A stretch of DNA of 64,000 nucleotides from Trichoplax adhaerens (taxonomy: Eukaryota > Animalia > Placozoa), in assembly GCF_000150275.1 (NCBI RefSeq), contig NW_002060943.1, forward strand, positions 9,017,070 through 9,081,069, read 5' to 3'. Position numbers and translations under genes: made by a program. Within the stretch, counting starts at the first letter, position 1. Each line of letters opens with the position of its first letter. Shown piece after piece: positions 25,318 to 39,098 of this stretch. The notes below the pieces were generated by a model, which saw nothing but the letters and a program-made list of their open reading frames with translations, was not told the DNA's origin and did no database searches.

Positions 25318-26072
25318 CTCAGAAAACGACTTGACAATTATATTAACGATAAAATAATTTTACAAGCTAATACTCCTTATATAGTATCAATATTCCCTAT
25401 TTATTTAAAAGCGAAATTCAAATCAGAAATTACAATTATCTGTGTAATTTTATTAATTTCCAATTTTAAAGAATAAAATACCTGAATTTTTATGCTGTGG
25501 GCAAGTGCTAAAAGCAGCTTAAATGAAATATTATGTAACAGCTATATATCGAAAGCATCAATAGAGTAACATTATCTGATTTATAAATAAAATAACATGC
25601 TGAAATCATTGTATTTGGATGGTAGTACATATAATATGAAGATTTTTTATCACAAGAGAATTTTACGATGGTAAATTCAACCTTATTTATTAAGTTGACG
25701 TAGTACCGCATTTTGTATGCAGGTACAAGGATTAAAATATTACTTCAAAGTACAAATTTTACTATATCAGATCTAAAATTTACGATAATTTTAAAATTAT
25801 ATTTATTACATTATTGCAGAACACACTTGTAGTCAAGTTAATAATTAAAAGTGTTGTTCTATCGTTATCATTACCACTACTATTAGCCTTCATTATCACA
25901 ATCTCATTTCAGTTTCTAATGACAGACAATCGATATCTGATTACATAATCAAATGGGCAGCTTCGAAGTACTCTTACATGGAAGCAGCCTTAGCTACTCG
26001 CTAGCAGTTTAGTAATGAGATTTACATACGAAATCTATCGAACTCGCCCGACAATTTTTTACTTCAGATCAT

Positions 26073-29000
26073 TTACTTGCCACGAGATTTCAAATTTATG
26101 TATACAATTCCAAAGACTGTAGATATGAAATAAACTCCGCAAGTCCACCACGTAAAAAATGACATTATACCTCTCAGAATATCTTTGGAAAAGATCGTGT
26201 GCAGTGGTCTAAAAGCTATGGTATGACTTCCTTGCAGTAACTCTGATGAATTAAGAAATTTCTCTAATAATCTAAAAAAAACCGATGAACTACTTTCAAC
26301 CTCAATAATCTTAAATGTCTCATCCGCCATCCACGAATATCCACCTGGAAGTGACAGAAAATTAAAAGCCTCACAAATAATTTATTTCATATATAAGTCT
26401 ACGATAATTATATATATAAATATACGTAACTAGTTGAAATAGAACAGCAACAGTGCATCGATTACCTAATGCCTTCAGCAGCAAAGTCAGATCGAAAATA
26501 ATAATTACAGGCGCAATGTGTTGCGTTGCTGCGATGCAGAGATAGTGAAAGACGTGATTGATCTGTAATTATGACAACAGATATAAGTTAGCGTCGATCG
26601 ACTCTAATGCGTTGTATCATCAGATTTTATCAATCGTATTGCTCTACGATGTAAGGAATGGACAATGTATATCAAGGAAAACATACTAATACATCTACAT
26701 TACATTACATTAAAGTGTGCATACAATTAACGAATTGATATTTTTTAAAATTACCGCCTTCCTAAATTCAAGGTTAGTAATTTGCTGTACTTCTTTCTGA
26801 AAATTTTCTGCCTTGTCTAAGGCAGTGTCTAAATGTGCTTGCAAGTAAGATTTTATAGAGCTGAACCGTAGGATACTCAAAAGAATTAATATTCCCAGTC
26901 TCGACGTATTAAATGTTGCATCTTCAACACTAAAAAAATGGCTATGTGAGTCCTCGAGAAAAATAAAATTCGATAATTAATCTATAGGCTTACAAAATTC
27001 TTGATTGGTTTACATTTGTGGCTACCATGGTATCTCGGGCTAAGGGTTTGACCCAAGACAGAATAACAATGAAAGGTAATAGCAGGCTGATTTGTGCATT
27101 TAACCTTGAAAGTAAGGTACGCGATCGTTATTACGATTAACTACTTTATACCACCTATAAAATTTATAGTAAATACCATGTAGCCGATGACCAGTCTCTG
27201 ACAATTTTCGAGTGCATTTTCGCCAATCTTAAGCTCGGAAAGAGGAAGACAGACCCAATTATAGCAGAAAGCACAGAAATGATGATCTTGACTAAAATGG
27301 GAGCTGCTGGGGTACTATACAACGTAAATTATAAATCTACTTTTAGCAATATTAACTTTAATCACCAGCATCACACAGTATATAATGTGCAATGCAGTAT
27401 ATAGCAGTTGCGCTTTTAAACCTTGAATTAATCAATCGGGTGGTATTTCTATTGAGAGAATCATAAACTGCCATGAGAAAAGGAAATAGATTAGTAAATG
27501 CCACACTTAATTCCCCTTTAATTTCTTCAAATAGGGAGTAAGTAAGAAAAAATTGTAAACTCCGATTTCTTACCATATGATAAACCAAACTCTAAAATAG
27601 TTTCATCTACTGTTAAGACAACCATGCAAAGCAAGAAATAAACTGAAGCAAAGATAATACACATCGAGCTTTCACCGCCGTCACCAATTCTGAAATATAC
27701 CAACGTCAGAGAGGAAAGCGATTTTCTATTATGCAACTTAAGTTAAAATAAACATACTCTGATCTTTTCTGCTACACAGCAAAAACACACAAGAAATATA
27801 CTCGTTGCCCAGAAAAGTAAATACGAATGAAACTCCTAGTGTAATATTATGTACAATCCACATATTCGTTAAGTAAGTCTATTTAATCAATTCAGGATAC
27901 AATGCAAAAAACGCTGAGAGCAGTAACCAAACGATGCTGAGATTCAGTTCATTTCCATAAGCAGCCGGTTTAAGCCAAAAGTATAGTTCCGATATTGAAA
28001 ATATCATTAGGGAGTATATAAAAAAATCAACTATCCAAATGAAATCTGGGCTGTAGTATAAAGTCAATATTTCGGCTGTATTAGCCTATTCTGACATGAA
28101 TGGACAAGGCTATTTGTTAGTTACCATCCAGCAATGTAAATGTTTTATCATTGCAACACAATTGTAACTTAAATCAATATTTAACATTCTGACCTCCGTG
28201 GGATAAACGTCGTAGGAAGCATTCTTAGGTAACTTAAATTCCTTAGGTACAGCTCGTGAATTAAGTTTTTTCCTGCATGGATTTAATCATTAGCAAATAA
28301 TATCATAAAATTATATATAATCGACAAGTATAGTTTATTAATTTATCATCATAAAGCCCATGATTGATCTAATTGCAATCGGATGTTAAAATTTGCTTTA
28401 TATTAACAAAATGTGCATAGTTTACAATATCTTGTACCTTTCCCTCTGTGTTAATTTATATTTACTCTTTGCAGTACTAGAGAGTTCTCTATTACTATTG
28501 GTGCAGATATCCCATAATGCTTCGTCTGGAGGACATATGTATCGAATAAGTCTGCATAAAATGTAAATCACAGGTTAAAAGTGTAATCAAGGACTTACGC
28601 GCAGCTTCCTGTTGTCCTTTACTCTAATGAACGTATAGTTCAAGGACTGTAACGTAATAAGTGAATTTGATATCTTAGATTACGTCTTATACTGTACGAG
28701 CATACCCTCGTCCAATAATCCACCGTCCAAATGAATAATAAGGACTAAGTCGTCGAATTAGAAAGGAAGCTAGTACGGTTGTCACCAATTGAAAGCCTAG
28801 CAAGGCCTGCAGTTATAATTAAATAGCAAAGTAAGTATATTGGTTTAGTTCAACGATCAGAGATTTCATCAAGGACCTCTTAAAAGTCCGGATTAGTACA
28901 CATGTCATTGTTGAACGATTACCCTATTGACGATGCACCAATGCTACTTGCAGTGCATTACACCACTATCACATACCTAAAGATCTTCATGGTCTGGACT

Positions 29001-29272
29001 TTGCGATTCTACTGTACACCGGCTGTACAAATACAGTACAATTTGCAATATACAGCACAACAGCTAAACGTACACTACTATATCTTACTTTATAGTACTA
29101 TTCAATCAAACCAGAGATTTCTGCAATAATTAATTAATTTTTAAAAGGTCGTGGCTAAACCTAAATTAATAAATACACAGTAGCTACTTCTACAGAGTGG
29201 ACCTTTACAATGACATAATGCGGGATTAACAGATGGAATTGCATATTCTCATGTTATCTTTAAGCTTACCAT
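26073..29272 (-). CDS. TMEM161: Transmembrane protein 161 family
   Basis: ATG-only first coding exon (ATG|GTAAGC at 29270-29272), then ALLGFQLVTTVLAS...YSFGRW..., YFRIGDGGESSMC, DETILEFGL, FPSLRLAKMH, VILSWVKPLARD, KSYLQAHL and LRGIMSFFTWW, collinear with TMEM161A/B. Confidence 0.93.
27726..27900 (-). other. Probable U12-type intron in TMEM161
   Basis: Donor GTATCCTGA, branch-like TATTTTAACT about 15 nt before the AG, and no strong pyrimidine tract. Splicing restores AFFAL|KSLSSLT. Confidence 0.65.
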
Positions 29273-29419
29273 CACTATGCTCTCTACGTTGCAGCGTTTG
29301 CTTTATACGGATTTGCGCTTTTGAACAGGTAAAAGCCGGAGCTAGCAACACTTATTTCATTTCAATTTCGCAGAAAATCAGTAAAAAATTAACCACTTTT
29401 AGGTGGACAGCATAGCAGA

Positions 29420-29540
29420 GTACTCTTGCAGTCTTTGTACTCTACTGTACAGACTGTACAGTACACTGTGTACAGTATAGTACTGTACTGTACAGTACAA
29501 GTCACTACAATGTACTGTACTGTACAGTACAGTATAATGG
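29420..29540. promoter_or_regulatory. (CAGTA/TACTG)n island upstream of TMEM161
   Basis: ctactgtacagactgtacagtacactgtgtacagtatagtactgtactgtacagtaca... lying 150-270 bp upstream of the ATG at 29272. Confidence 0.7.
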
Positions 29541-31089
29541 GCTACAAGAAATTCCATCTCTCAAGAGTATCCTAACCAAAAGGAGTTTTTGGCTACACTG
29601 TTGCAACAAAAATTTTTAAAGCATGGCGATAGCACTCGGCAATGTGTAAAAATAGAACTATGGCATGCACATTGTACAGTAGGCTACTATCAGTAGCCCC
29701 AGTCAAAATACATCTAGTGATTTAATGCAAAATGCAGAGGGGCAATGCGCGGCAGAGATTTACAGTAAGCGTGTCGCTCCACATGACTCAATGTTGTGTC
29801 CGTGTAAAAAGGAATAAAGCCTAATCTATGATAAATGCCTGGCTGTCAAATTACAGCACTAAACTGGGTAAATTTGCATACTGTAATGCATACAGCACAG
29901 TGTAGAAGACAAATGACCTTTTTCAATAAGATAATAATAAAAAAATTACATACCCTAACTGTTTACATCATAGTGAATGAATGATATTATCCCGCTATGC
30001 AGCAAGTATACCGAGCCCCATTGATTTAGACCTTTAGGTCTTTATAACCTAACATGCACGAGTATATATATTCGCATATTTAGCCTTGCTTAAAAAACAT
30101 GCGATATGTACACCTGCTTGCACTAGATGTAATAGTCGAAATCTACAAGTCAAAGAGTAACGATTGATAAGACTACAGCTATAACCAGGATCTCGTAGCA
30201 TTCATAGACAATGCATATACTGCATATATAATGGTAGCTGTTTGCGTAAAAGTTTCGAATAAATATTACGAAACAGTAGTCACTTGTAGCACCCATAACA
30301 GTAAATTAAATTAAAACACGCGTAAAGTACATTTCAGTAATGATAATCCAGGCTCTAAGCTTTTGATATGCAATACTCTACTGTTATAGTGAGGTTAGTG
30401 ACCATGTCCAGATGTTCTGAATCACTGTAGGCCACAAACGATTTTAATTTCTTAATATATAAAATCGCAACTTGAATTTGCCACATACCCAACTTATCTT
30501 TGAAAGCAACAAATTTCAATAGATAAATTTATTATAACCGCACAAAGCAAATACATTTCGATAAAAATCTATAAACGGAGATAAATTCAAAGTGAAATCT
30601 CAGCCCATAAACTCATGATGTACTCCAAAAGTCTTTAATCTTAAATAAACTGTTCCTAATGAATCTTCACCTTACAGAATAATAAATTATATTTGCTATG
30701 TTGCACATACAGTGGAGTATATCATTAATAAAGTTACAGTTATGACTACGTGTATAATATTACTCAAGAATATAGTAGTACTTAGAAAATAAATCATAAA
30801 AATCTTTTTACCAAGTAGAGTAAAAATATACGTTCAAAATTCTGTATAAGGTCTTTTGCCTCCTTCTTGATTGCAATAGCCCGAACTATTCAATTGGTAC
30901 TGCTGTATTCTACTTCGTAGCAAATCATGATGCGTGAATAATCATGACAACTTCTTAAATTGGACTATTACTGCAAAATGCTGATATGAAGTACTGTACT
31001 TAGTATGCTGGACATTTACATATAATGATACTAAAATAAAAGTAGTACCTTGAAAAGATTCGCATTTATAACCTTCCATAATTTAATTT

Positions 31090-33124
31090 TTATGGATCCC
31101 TACTTATACATTTGTCATATACAATTGGATTGTCAACGCAAACTACACTGAAATGCTTCTGGTTCGGATATCTTTTTTTTGTATCAGGACATAAGCATGG
31201 GATTGTTAAATGTTTTTGCCACACCTTACGATCACAATACATTCCAAAAACGTCACGTACTCCTGAATTGACGGTAGCAGTCTTTAGATTCATCAGTCTT
31301 GGAGACACTAACCATCCAGGCTTAGCCTGTAATAACCAAATAAGCAAGATAATCAATACTCAACAAGTGTCTCCTGTTACACTTTTTAATTTCTTATATA
31401 AAGCTTTAATTAATTAAAGTAGTTCAAAATTTTCTAAGTTAAGACAATTAACCTGCAGTATACGTCGCTTCCTGCCGTCACCACTCTTCCCAAGTCCTCT
31501 TTCGCCAATGTGCCACATGCGACCAAGAGTGGGGACCACGACATTATGTCGCCCAGGCCACATCCATGCAATTGCTTCAGACCAATCATTAGTCTTACTT
31601 GCCAAAAACTTTGAATGGTATATTGCTTGCCATATTGAAGCATTAAAAGAGTAAGCCATACCAGGAAAGTAAAGCATAATTCTAAAGTAAATATCAACGT
31701 ATTATTTATACATGAGTGAATAATATCAAAAGCAATCTGTTTATACTAGTACATAATATACGTATAGTACTGTATAACGTTATTTGTCGAATCCTTAGTA
31801 GTTAATATGAGCATTAGCGAAAGAATTGACATCGAAGAATATTCGTAATATTTGATCACTAAAACAATATCTGCAACGCATTACCAGCTTGGCTAACACT
31901 TTAACTGTCTTCAACTTACAATATATACTAATAATTATATATATATATATATATGTATAACATCTATATATTGGATAGCAGCATTAAATTAAAAATAGCC
32001 TTTTACAGTACATGGTTAGTATTAGAAGTACTGCTGCTGCTCATTCAACTGGTAGAGTTAGTTACGGAAGAACCTGATAACGAAGGTATCCGGGTGAGGA
32101 TTTACAAGGTGTTCTCCTGACCATCCTCCCAAACCAACAGCAATCGTGTTCGGATTAGAATTTTTTACTTTTAACATAAACCATATAGCTTTCAAGGCAT
32201 CTTTGGATAGTTCGATATCATCTTCTAAAAATAGAACGTCTCGCTGATATTTATAGCCTAAATCAAAAATATCTAAAAACTGATCATTAGAAAAATACAT
32301 CCACATACCAGTTCATTTACTGATTCATTGTAAAATGCAAGAATATAAACTGTGTATCTAGCAAGCCTCAAACATAAACAATAGTATTATTAACATTATA
32401 TCCTGTTTACCCCAGTACATAAACGTTTACTTATCGTACAGTATCTGCAATTGTTAAAATTACCTGAGCTCTCAAATACTAATCTCATGATATTGTACCA
32501 TTGCCTTTTATACTCTTTAGCGTTGCGTTTATTACTTTCTGTAAGAAATGTCTTGGCTTTACAAAACTTGACATTAGCTATAATGTCCTTTGTTTTTTTT
32601 ACATCTTGAGTTGATACCACGGGAGTTTTTTGACAAGCAAACAAGCAAACGCTGGCAGAACTTAATCCCTCTATTGCCTTCAACGACTTTATTAGCCGTT
32701 CCATATATGCAGGTCGGTAAGAACAAAATATGACAATCGGGATTTTGAAGTTACGAAATTCAAGTTCATTAGAGGTGAGACTTTCACTTTTAATGCTGCT
32801 GGTGCTGGAGTTTTTTACAAGATATGTTGGTGTAGTCTTGGCATTAGGAGAATACTGGTGTTTGACCTTTAATTTACCATTATTCGTGATAGGGGTACTC
32901 TGTACCTTGGTTCCTTGAAACGTCATTCCCACTTCATTTTTCGATGAACCTTCCTTATTATGCTTGTCTAAATGCATGACAATTTCGTCATTTTTTCTTT
33001 CCACAACGTTTGTTGTTGCATATTTGGAGGTAATTTTTCGATAAAGTGTTGTCGGTACTAGTAAGCAAGTGATTATCAGTAATCCTTGCAAAAGCCGTGT
33101 ACTTTTCATTAGTACGCCTGACAT
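31090..33124 (-). CDS. Type II membrane GT-A glycosyltransferase, distantly GnT-I/GnT-II/POMGNT1-like (paralog 1, 4 coding exons)
   Basis: N-terminal anchor LLQGLLIITCLLVPTTLY, a stem region, IPIVIFCSYRPAYMERLIKSL, VLFLEDDIELSKD (DxD-like EDD), YFPGMAYSFNASIW, VVPTLGRMWHIGERG and a Cys-rich tail ending DKCISRDP*. Confidence 0.8.
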
Positions 33125-33134
33125 CTATTCACAG

Positions 33135-33870
33135 TTTATACAGTAGTACAGTGATGAAAGCTACAATTAAATTATTATTTTATCGCGTTGGAAATTAGAA
33201 ACCATCTTTCCTGCCAATTAATTCGACAGTTGCACAAACTGGTACAGTACAGTACCAGTTCTCTTCTAACAGAAACGTGTACTGTACTGTACACAAGTGC
33301 AGTTACGTCACGGTCCCTTTTGACTACGTCAAAAGGAAAACGCTGCAAAGCATCGGCTCCTGCTAGACCTGAGAACGGTTCGGTTCGGATCGTTACGATC
33401 TATGCCTCCACCACTACAATACAGTACTGTACAGTACAGCATCATGGATCAGAGAGTCACCCACCATTTGCGTGTGTGGACTGGACATTCCTCGGACTGT
33501 CGGACATTGTCCAGTACAGTACTGTACACTGTACAATTTCGCTTTGGACTGTAGACGATATTGTCTTTTAGACTGATATTTTAGAATGAGCATTACGAGT
33601 AGCGTACAGTAATTGTATCAACTTGTATAGAAGCTTAGCTCTCTAGCTACATAATGGTATACGGTATAAAGTATAGTAATTTTACGTTAGTTTCAGTAAT
33701 ATTTTTTCCCTTTTTCGCAGTCTGAAAGAAAATAAAAACATCGTACTGTAGACAGAGCCATTGGACCAAGCCACTTCTGAATTCCTTTTTCCCATTAAAC
33801 CTCTTATTACAGTACTTTACGCGTACTTTTTACATTGTACTGTACTGTATTGTACTGTACAAAAGTACAA
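33135..33870. promoter_or_regulatory. (CAGTA/TACTG)n island; candidate bidirectional promoter GT paralog 1 <-> GTF2A2
   Basis: Pentamer runs at 33241-33300, 33415-33440, 33510-33535 and 33835-33870 between the ATGs at 33124 (-) and 34006 (+). Confidence 0.7.
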
Positions 33871-34005
33871 CAGCGACTGCGCACTGCTGGACATTTATCC
33901 TTTTTCTTTCTTTTTGTTGTTACCATTTGGCTTCGCGATTTTTAAACGTTAAGCCGATAAACCTTGAATTTTTTCAAGCCAAGACTAAAGAAATTGGTAA
34001 AAAGA

Positions 34006-36138
34006 ATGAGTTATCAGCTTTACAGAAATACGACGTTAGGTCAGAGTTTACAGGAAACGTTAGAGGAACTGATACAGGTCAGTACGATGGAGATCGTGTT
34101 TGCTTTTCGCATCGCATCTTGAAGCTAAGGGCATGTTATTATTGCATATCGTTATTGCATGTGGCTATCTTGAATTGAGTTCTTGGTCAAGGTTCGAAAA
34201 TCTTGACTTAAATATATAGTATGATTTATGAATATGATCTAGTAGTTTTCAGCTAAATCGAAATCTGCATGCACGCTTGCCTGTGATAGCAACCTCTGCT
34301 ATGCGCAGGGATATAACTGTGCATTGCCCAAAAAAAGAAGCGTGACATTGTCAAAGACTACTATACGTTTACGGTAGAGGTAGACGCTAATTCTGCTATC
34401 TGATCATGCTGTGGTACCTGAAAATGAGAAAAATACGGCACGAGGCAATCATGGATCCCTTTTAGTAGCACGTGATAATGTACCAGATTTTGTTTGTCGA
34501 TAATACTGATATTGTTATGCTGTACTGTATAAAAATCATCTTTAAGGTGGAACAACTAGCATAAATAGCGACGAGATAAATAAGTTACGAGCTCTGTCGG
34601 TATATCCAATAAGGTGGAACAACTAGCATAAATAGCGACGAGATAAATAAGTTACGAGCTCTGTCGGTATATCCAATAAGGTGGAACAACTAGCATAAAT
34701 AGCGACGAGATAAATAAGTTACGAGCTCTATCTGTATATCCAATAGGATCTCGAGCTCTTACAACGTGTTCGATTATACTTACTATACAGTGTACAGTAT
34801 ATTACTGTAGTAATCAAAAGGCGAGATTAGAAATATGTAATGTACAGTATATGCTCTCAATTCATTCTATTTGATCTACAGCGGCCAAGAGTGGACGTGA
34901 ATATGCAACATTGATTGTTATTATCTACTGCGTAAAAGGAACTTTACTGCACACCACTGTTATACACCGCTATGTAGTAGGAAAATAGTAATGAAAAATC
35001 ATTTCAGAATAATAAATCTTAAAAAGTATTCCGCGCCGGTGTCTTTTAGCCGCCACTTGTACAAATACGATTCTGTGATAAATTGCTTTGCACGAATTAT
35101 CGTATATCAATTGATGAATGGTAGCAAATCATACTCGGCGATCTAAAATTGGCCAATATACAGTATATACTGTACGCGTATATAATATAAATTCACTGAG
35201 GTACATGCTATTCATATAGTAGATTTTATTATGATAAAAACTACGAAATCATGATTGCACAATTTATAAGTGAGCGTTCTAGTTGATAATATGTTAATAT
35301 ATATAATAATGGTTTCTTATTTCTACACTTGCTACCTGCTAGTTCACGACAATTTCCATTTTGAGACATACTGCCGACTACAACTAAAAGTCACAGAGAT
35401 GGCTACACGTATTCGTTACTGTAAATGAAAATAATTAAGAACGACAAAATTCTATTTTAATCTCTAGACGCAGCAAATTGATCCTGATTTGGCTTTGATC
35501 GTTCTACTACAATTTGATAAAACTATTAATTCCGCATTAGCAAATCGGTTACGCACTAGAATGTCATTTAAGGTAAGTTTTATATCAGTTAGGAATGCTT
35601 GAAAGTGCTCAACTACTTCACTTTTTTATCGACCAAATTGCTGTGCATGTTTTACTGAAGCAAAATATCTCTTATCCACTACTTTATAAAGTATACTGTA
35701 GTCGTTATACTGTACTAATGAATAATAGTATAGAGTTTTTCTAACTGCAAGAACGATGTATTGATGTTGTGGAAAGAATCGTAGAGTCAAGAAGAATCCT
35801 ATAAGTGTCTTTACAATTTATGCAGTATTAGATATGTACAACACAGTCCACTACGAAATATTTTAATATTATCTTAATCCGCATTTCTAACCCATTGTAA
35901 GTACAGTATTAGCGACGATGAGCAAAAAACTTACAAGGAAATTTAAGCGTTTTCTGCTTCATGTTTTATTTAGGGACATTTACGAACATACAGGTTTTGT
36001 GATAGTGTTTGGACTTTAATTGTTGAAAATGCGGAATTCCGTGAGACCGGAAGCGATACACACTCGTTTAAGGTTGACAAATTGAAAGTAGTTGCTTGTG
36101 ACGGTAAAACAAGTGGCCTAGAATGTAAGGAACTTTAA
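34006..36138 (+). CDS. GTF2A2: Transcription initiation factor IIA gamma (small) subunit
   Basis: [24 protein letters not shown] | [35 protein letters not shown] | [24 protein letters not shown]...[13 protein letters not shown]. The exact C-terminus is ambiguous. Confidence 0.97.
34543..34745 (+). repeat. Tandem repeat, 3 x 67 bp, in GTF2A2 intron 1
   Basis: Unit TAAGGTGGAACAACTAGCATAAATAGCGACGAGATAAATAAGTTACGAGCTCTGTCGGTATATCCAA starts at 34543, 34610 and 34677. The third copy has 2 substitutions. Confidence 0.95.
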
Positions 36139-39098
36139 CTAGAGTACCGATTCTCTTCCTGACCAAGTCAATACATCACTCCGATATCTTTTGCTAATTA
36201 TAGTATTTATAGCCAAACTGACGTGAATTCATCCAGTTAAACACTAACAGTAAACCCATTACAGTATTATGTTATTAAGTAATTAATGTACCTACTATGA
36301 ATTAACCGGACAAGGATGCCTAGTTAAACTTCAAGCTTAAAATATCCTGTGCATACACACAGTATTGGTTTAAGAAATCTACTATCTATTACATTGATTT
36401 GAAACATAAGTACACTATTATACAACTTCGCCTCATTACATATACTGCAATATTGTTGCAAGGTTAATATTCTATACACATCAGTGTCATAACATTAATT
36501 AATTAACATATACCTAGATCTTGTCCGCCTTAGTTGATACTACCAAAGTAGCATTGTTGTTCTGCAGTTTCGAACGCTCTCATTGGATATATATTTGATG
36601 CCCTGCCCTCTTTTATCATTTTATATATATATAATCTAAACCGTTTTAAGATGTGAAAATAAATTGATAGATAACATATCGATGTATTAATAATATGTTT
36701 GAAAATCACAAAAACTGAAGTATTCTTTGTTCACTGAATTTTTGTGACACTTTTCTATTTACCCAAAATAGTTTGATGAACTTCAAATCCTGACAAGCTA
36801 GACAGAAATAAAACCTTACAGTCGATACCATATAATTAGACGATCTCAGCATTCCACAATAAATCTGAAGTCCGGACATCGCGATACCATAGTTATCACG
36901 GAAATAAAAATATATCCCAATATCTTCTGGTGGAAATATATTATTATATCAATGAAAATAAATCATGCTATGTTTCTCTTAGGCCTTCATTTCTTTGCAT
37001 TTACGTGCTAATGTTCAACTATTTCAATATGATTTATGTTGCCTAAGTAAGATTATATCTGAAATGCCTATTTCTGTACACATGATCATTTAGATAGCTT
37101 ATAGAAAAATATTGAAGGACTAAAATATTTAAAATGTAAATCTGTGAGCTTATAAATCCTTGGATAATTAATTTAGCAACTAATTGTATTATTATTGTAT
37201 TCATTAGATTTCATACTTGACAAGTAAATCCATGATATCGAAAATATTTAAAATAATAAATTTATTTAGATTGTACTGAAACGAGTATTTATAATTTACT
37301 ATCATTTCTAAGCATTACTCAAGGCATGCCAGTGATACTGTCCATCATGCATCTTACATGTACGGTATTGAAGACTGTCAGTTGCAATTACTGTAAAGTC
37401 GTCATGGAACTAATAGAGCGATGAGTTAATCTACCGTATGGATCGCAATCTTATTATGATGAGTTAGACCCGTTAGGGTAAAGGGTATTTTGCTAGTTAT
37501 TACGTTCATGAAAGTTATCTGGAAAACAGCCAGCTCTGACAGCATATACTTTACTAGTTGTAATTACATACGTGGTACATATATTATTTATGCATTAAGA
37601 CTACAGAAGGGGAACGTTTATGATAACATCATAGCGTAGTGTATCATTACTGTACACATGAAGCCATTAAAACTATTTGAAAACTTTAATAATATGATTG
37701 AATACGCGCAGATATAATAGGTTGTTAATAAGAAAGGGTGACAAATCTAGTGTCTGATGGTAGCAAAATAGATAGAATGAAAAACTACTGACTTCAGTCC
37801 AGAGGAGCAGTAAAGTTTTACACCGTAGTATCATACGAACAGGTTACATTAATATTCTAATTTCTTGTAACAGCATTTAATGTAGTTCCCTTATACAATA
37901 ATGTTGTAAGTCCTAGTAGATATTTAGTAAAGAAAATAATAAGAATGGCCTCTCACATTAAATCGGAATGACTGTCTTATCGACTGTAATCACAACACGT
38001 TTATAAAACGTAGGAGAAATCGGTAGCGATTTAAGCCTCCACGAAATTTATTTTTTACACAGTTTATGAACTAGCAGCTATTATAAATTATAATCAAAAT
38101 TCTAATAAATTAGATCTTCCAACACTAAATTATCATCATCGCAGTGTTGTACGGCAATCAATAAATTTTAATTTTAATTATAGTCAATGAACGTATAATA
38201 ATGGATAAAATGTGTATTTTTGATCTAATTAATATCGGGTGCAGTGATTATAATGATGAACTTCACAATATTGAAATATCTTTGATCTCGAAAGAGGAAC
38301 ATATAAATTATTTATAGGCCTTTTAAATCTACCATGAGTCAGTAACACCCTTTCATATTTACTATGCATACAATATATGGCAATCATCCAAAATCTATTC
38401 ATATCTATTAAGAACACCGATACCCGCATCTTAACATTCCTAGATAGTTTGACTTCGTAGGCTATACAATGTAGATTATACGATACTTCAATTTTATAGT
38501 AATTGTAAATGAAATCAAACAAAATTCACTGATTCTTAAAATACTGACAATAACTTAACTTACTCTAATACACTAACTGTCTAGTTCAGTTTGAAGGTAA
38601 TCGTATGTGGTAAATTGTTGATTCCATTACATCTGTACATTTATGCTATACGAACCTGTAGTTATAACTACCGAAGTCTGTTAACTTTTATTATAAATTC
38701 GACGCAATTATTATAATCACTTTCTATGCATGAAATACACGGCAGGAATTGCAATATTTATGAACTGAAATACGTTTTACGAATTTCAAATGTTACTTAT
38801 AAATCGATTAAACATAGATTCAAAGAGCTCTTGTAACAGAAAGACTGGTTAGAACTCAAAATTTGAAACATTTACGCAAATTAATATTTTCTATTGTTAC
38901 TTTTAATTATAATAGATACCACCTCGAATACACTATGTTCAAAATAAAACTTTGATGCATACAATTTAAAATGTACAATATTAATATTTTAATACCAGGA
39001 GATGATAAAAATGTAACGATATTCTTTGTCTATTCTAATATCCGTATCTATTTATATTGTATTACACAGCAACGTCAACAAATTTAATTGCTCTAATA

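Noticed and set aside
34543-34745. Regular direct repeats resembling a CRISPR array
   Set aside because: The units are head-to-tail with no unique spacers, there are no cas genes, and the repeat lies in a eukaryotic intron.
36300-39000. A gene or transposon in the 2.7-kb interval between GTF2A2 and GT paralog 2 (ORF 38229-38522)
   Set aside because: I found no recognisable protein motif, consistent exon chain, terminal repeats or promoter island.
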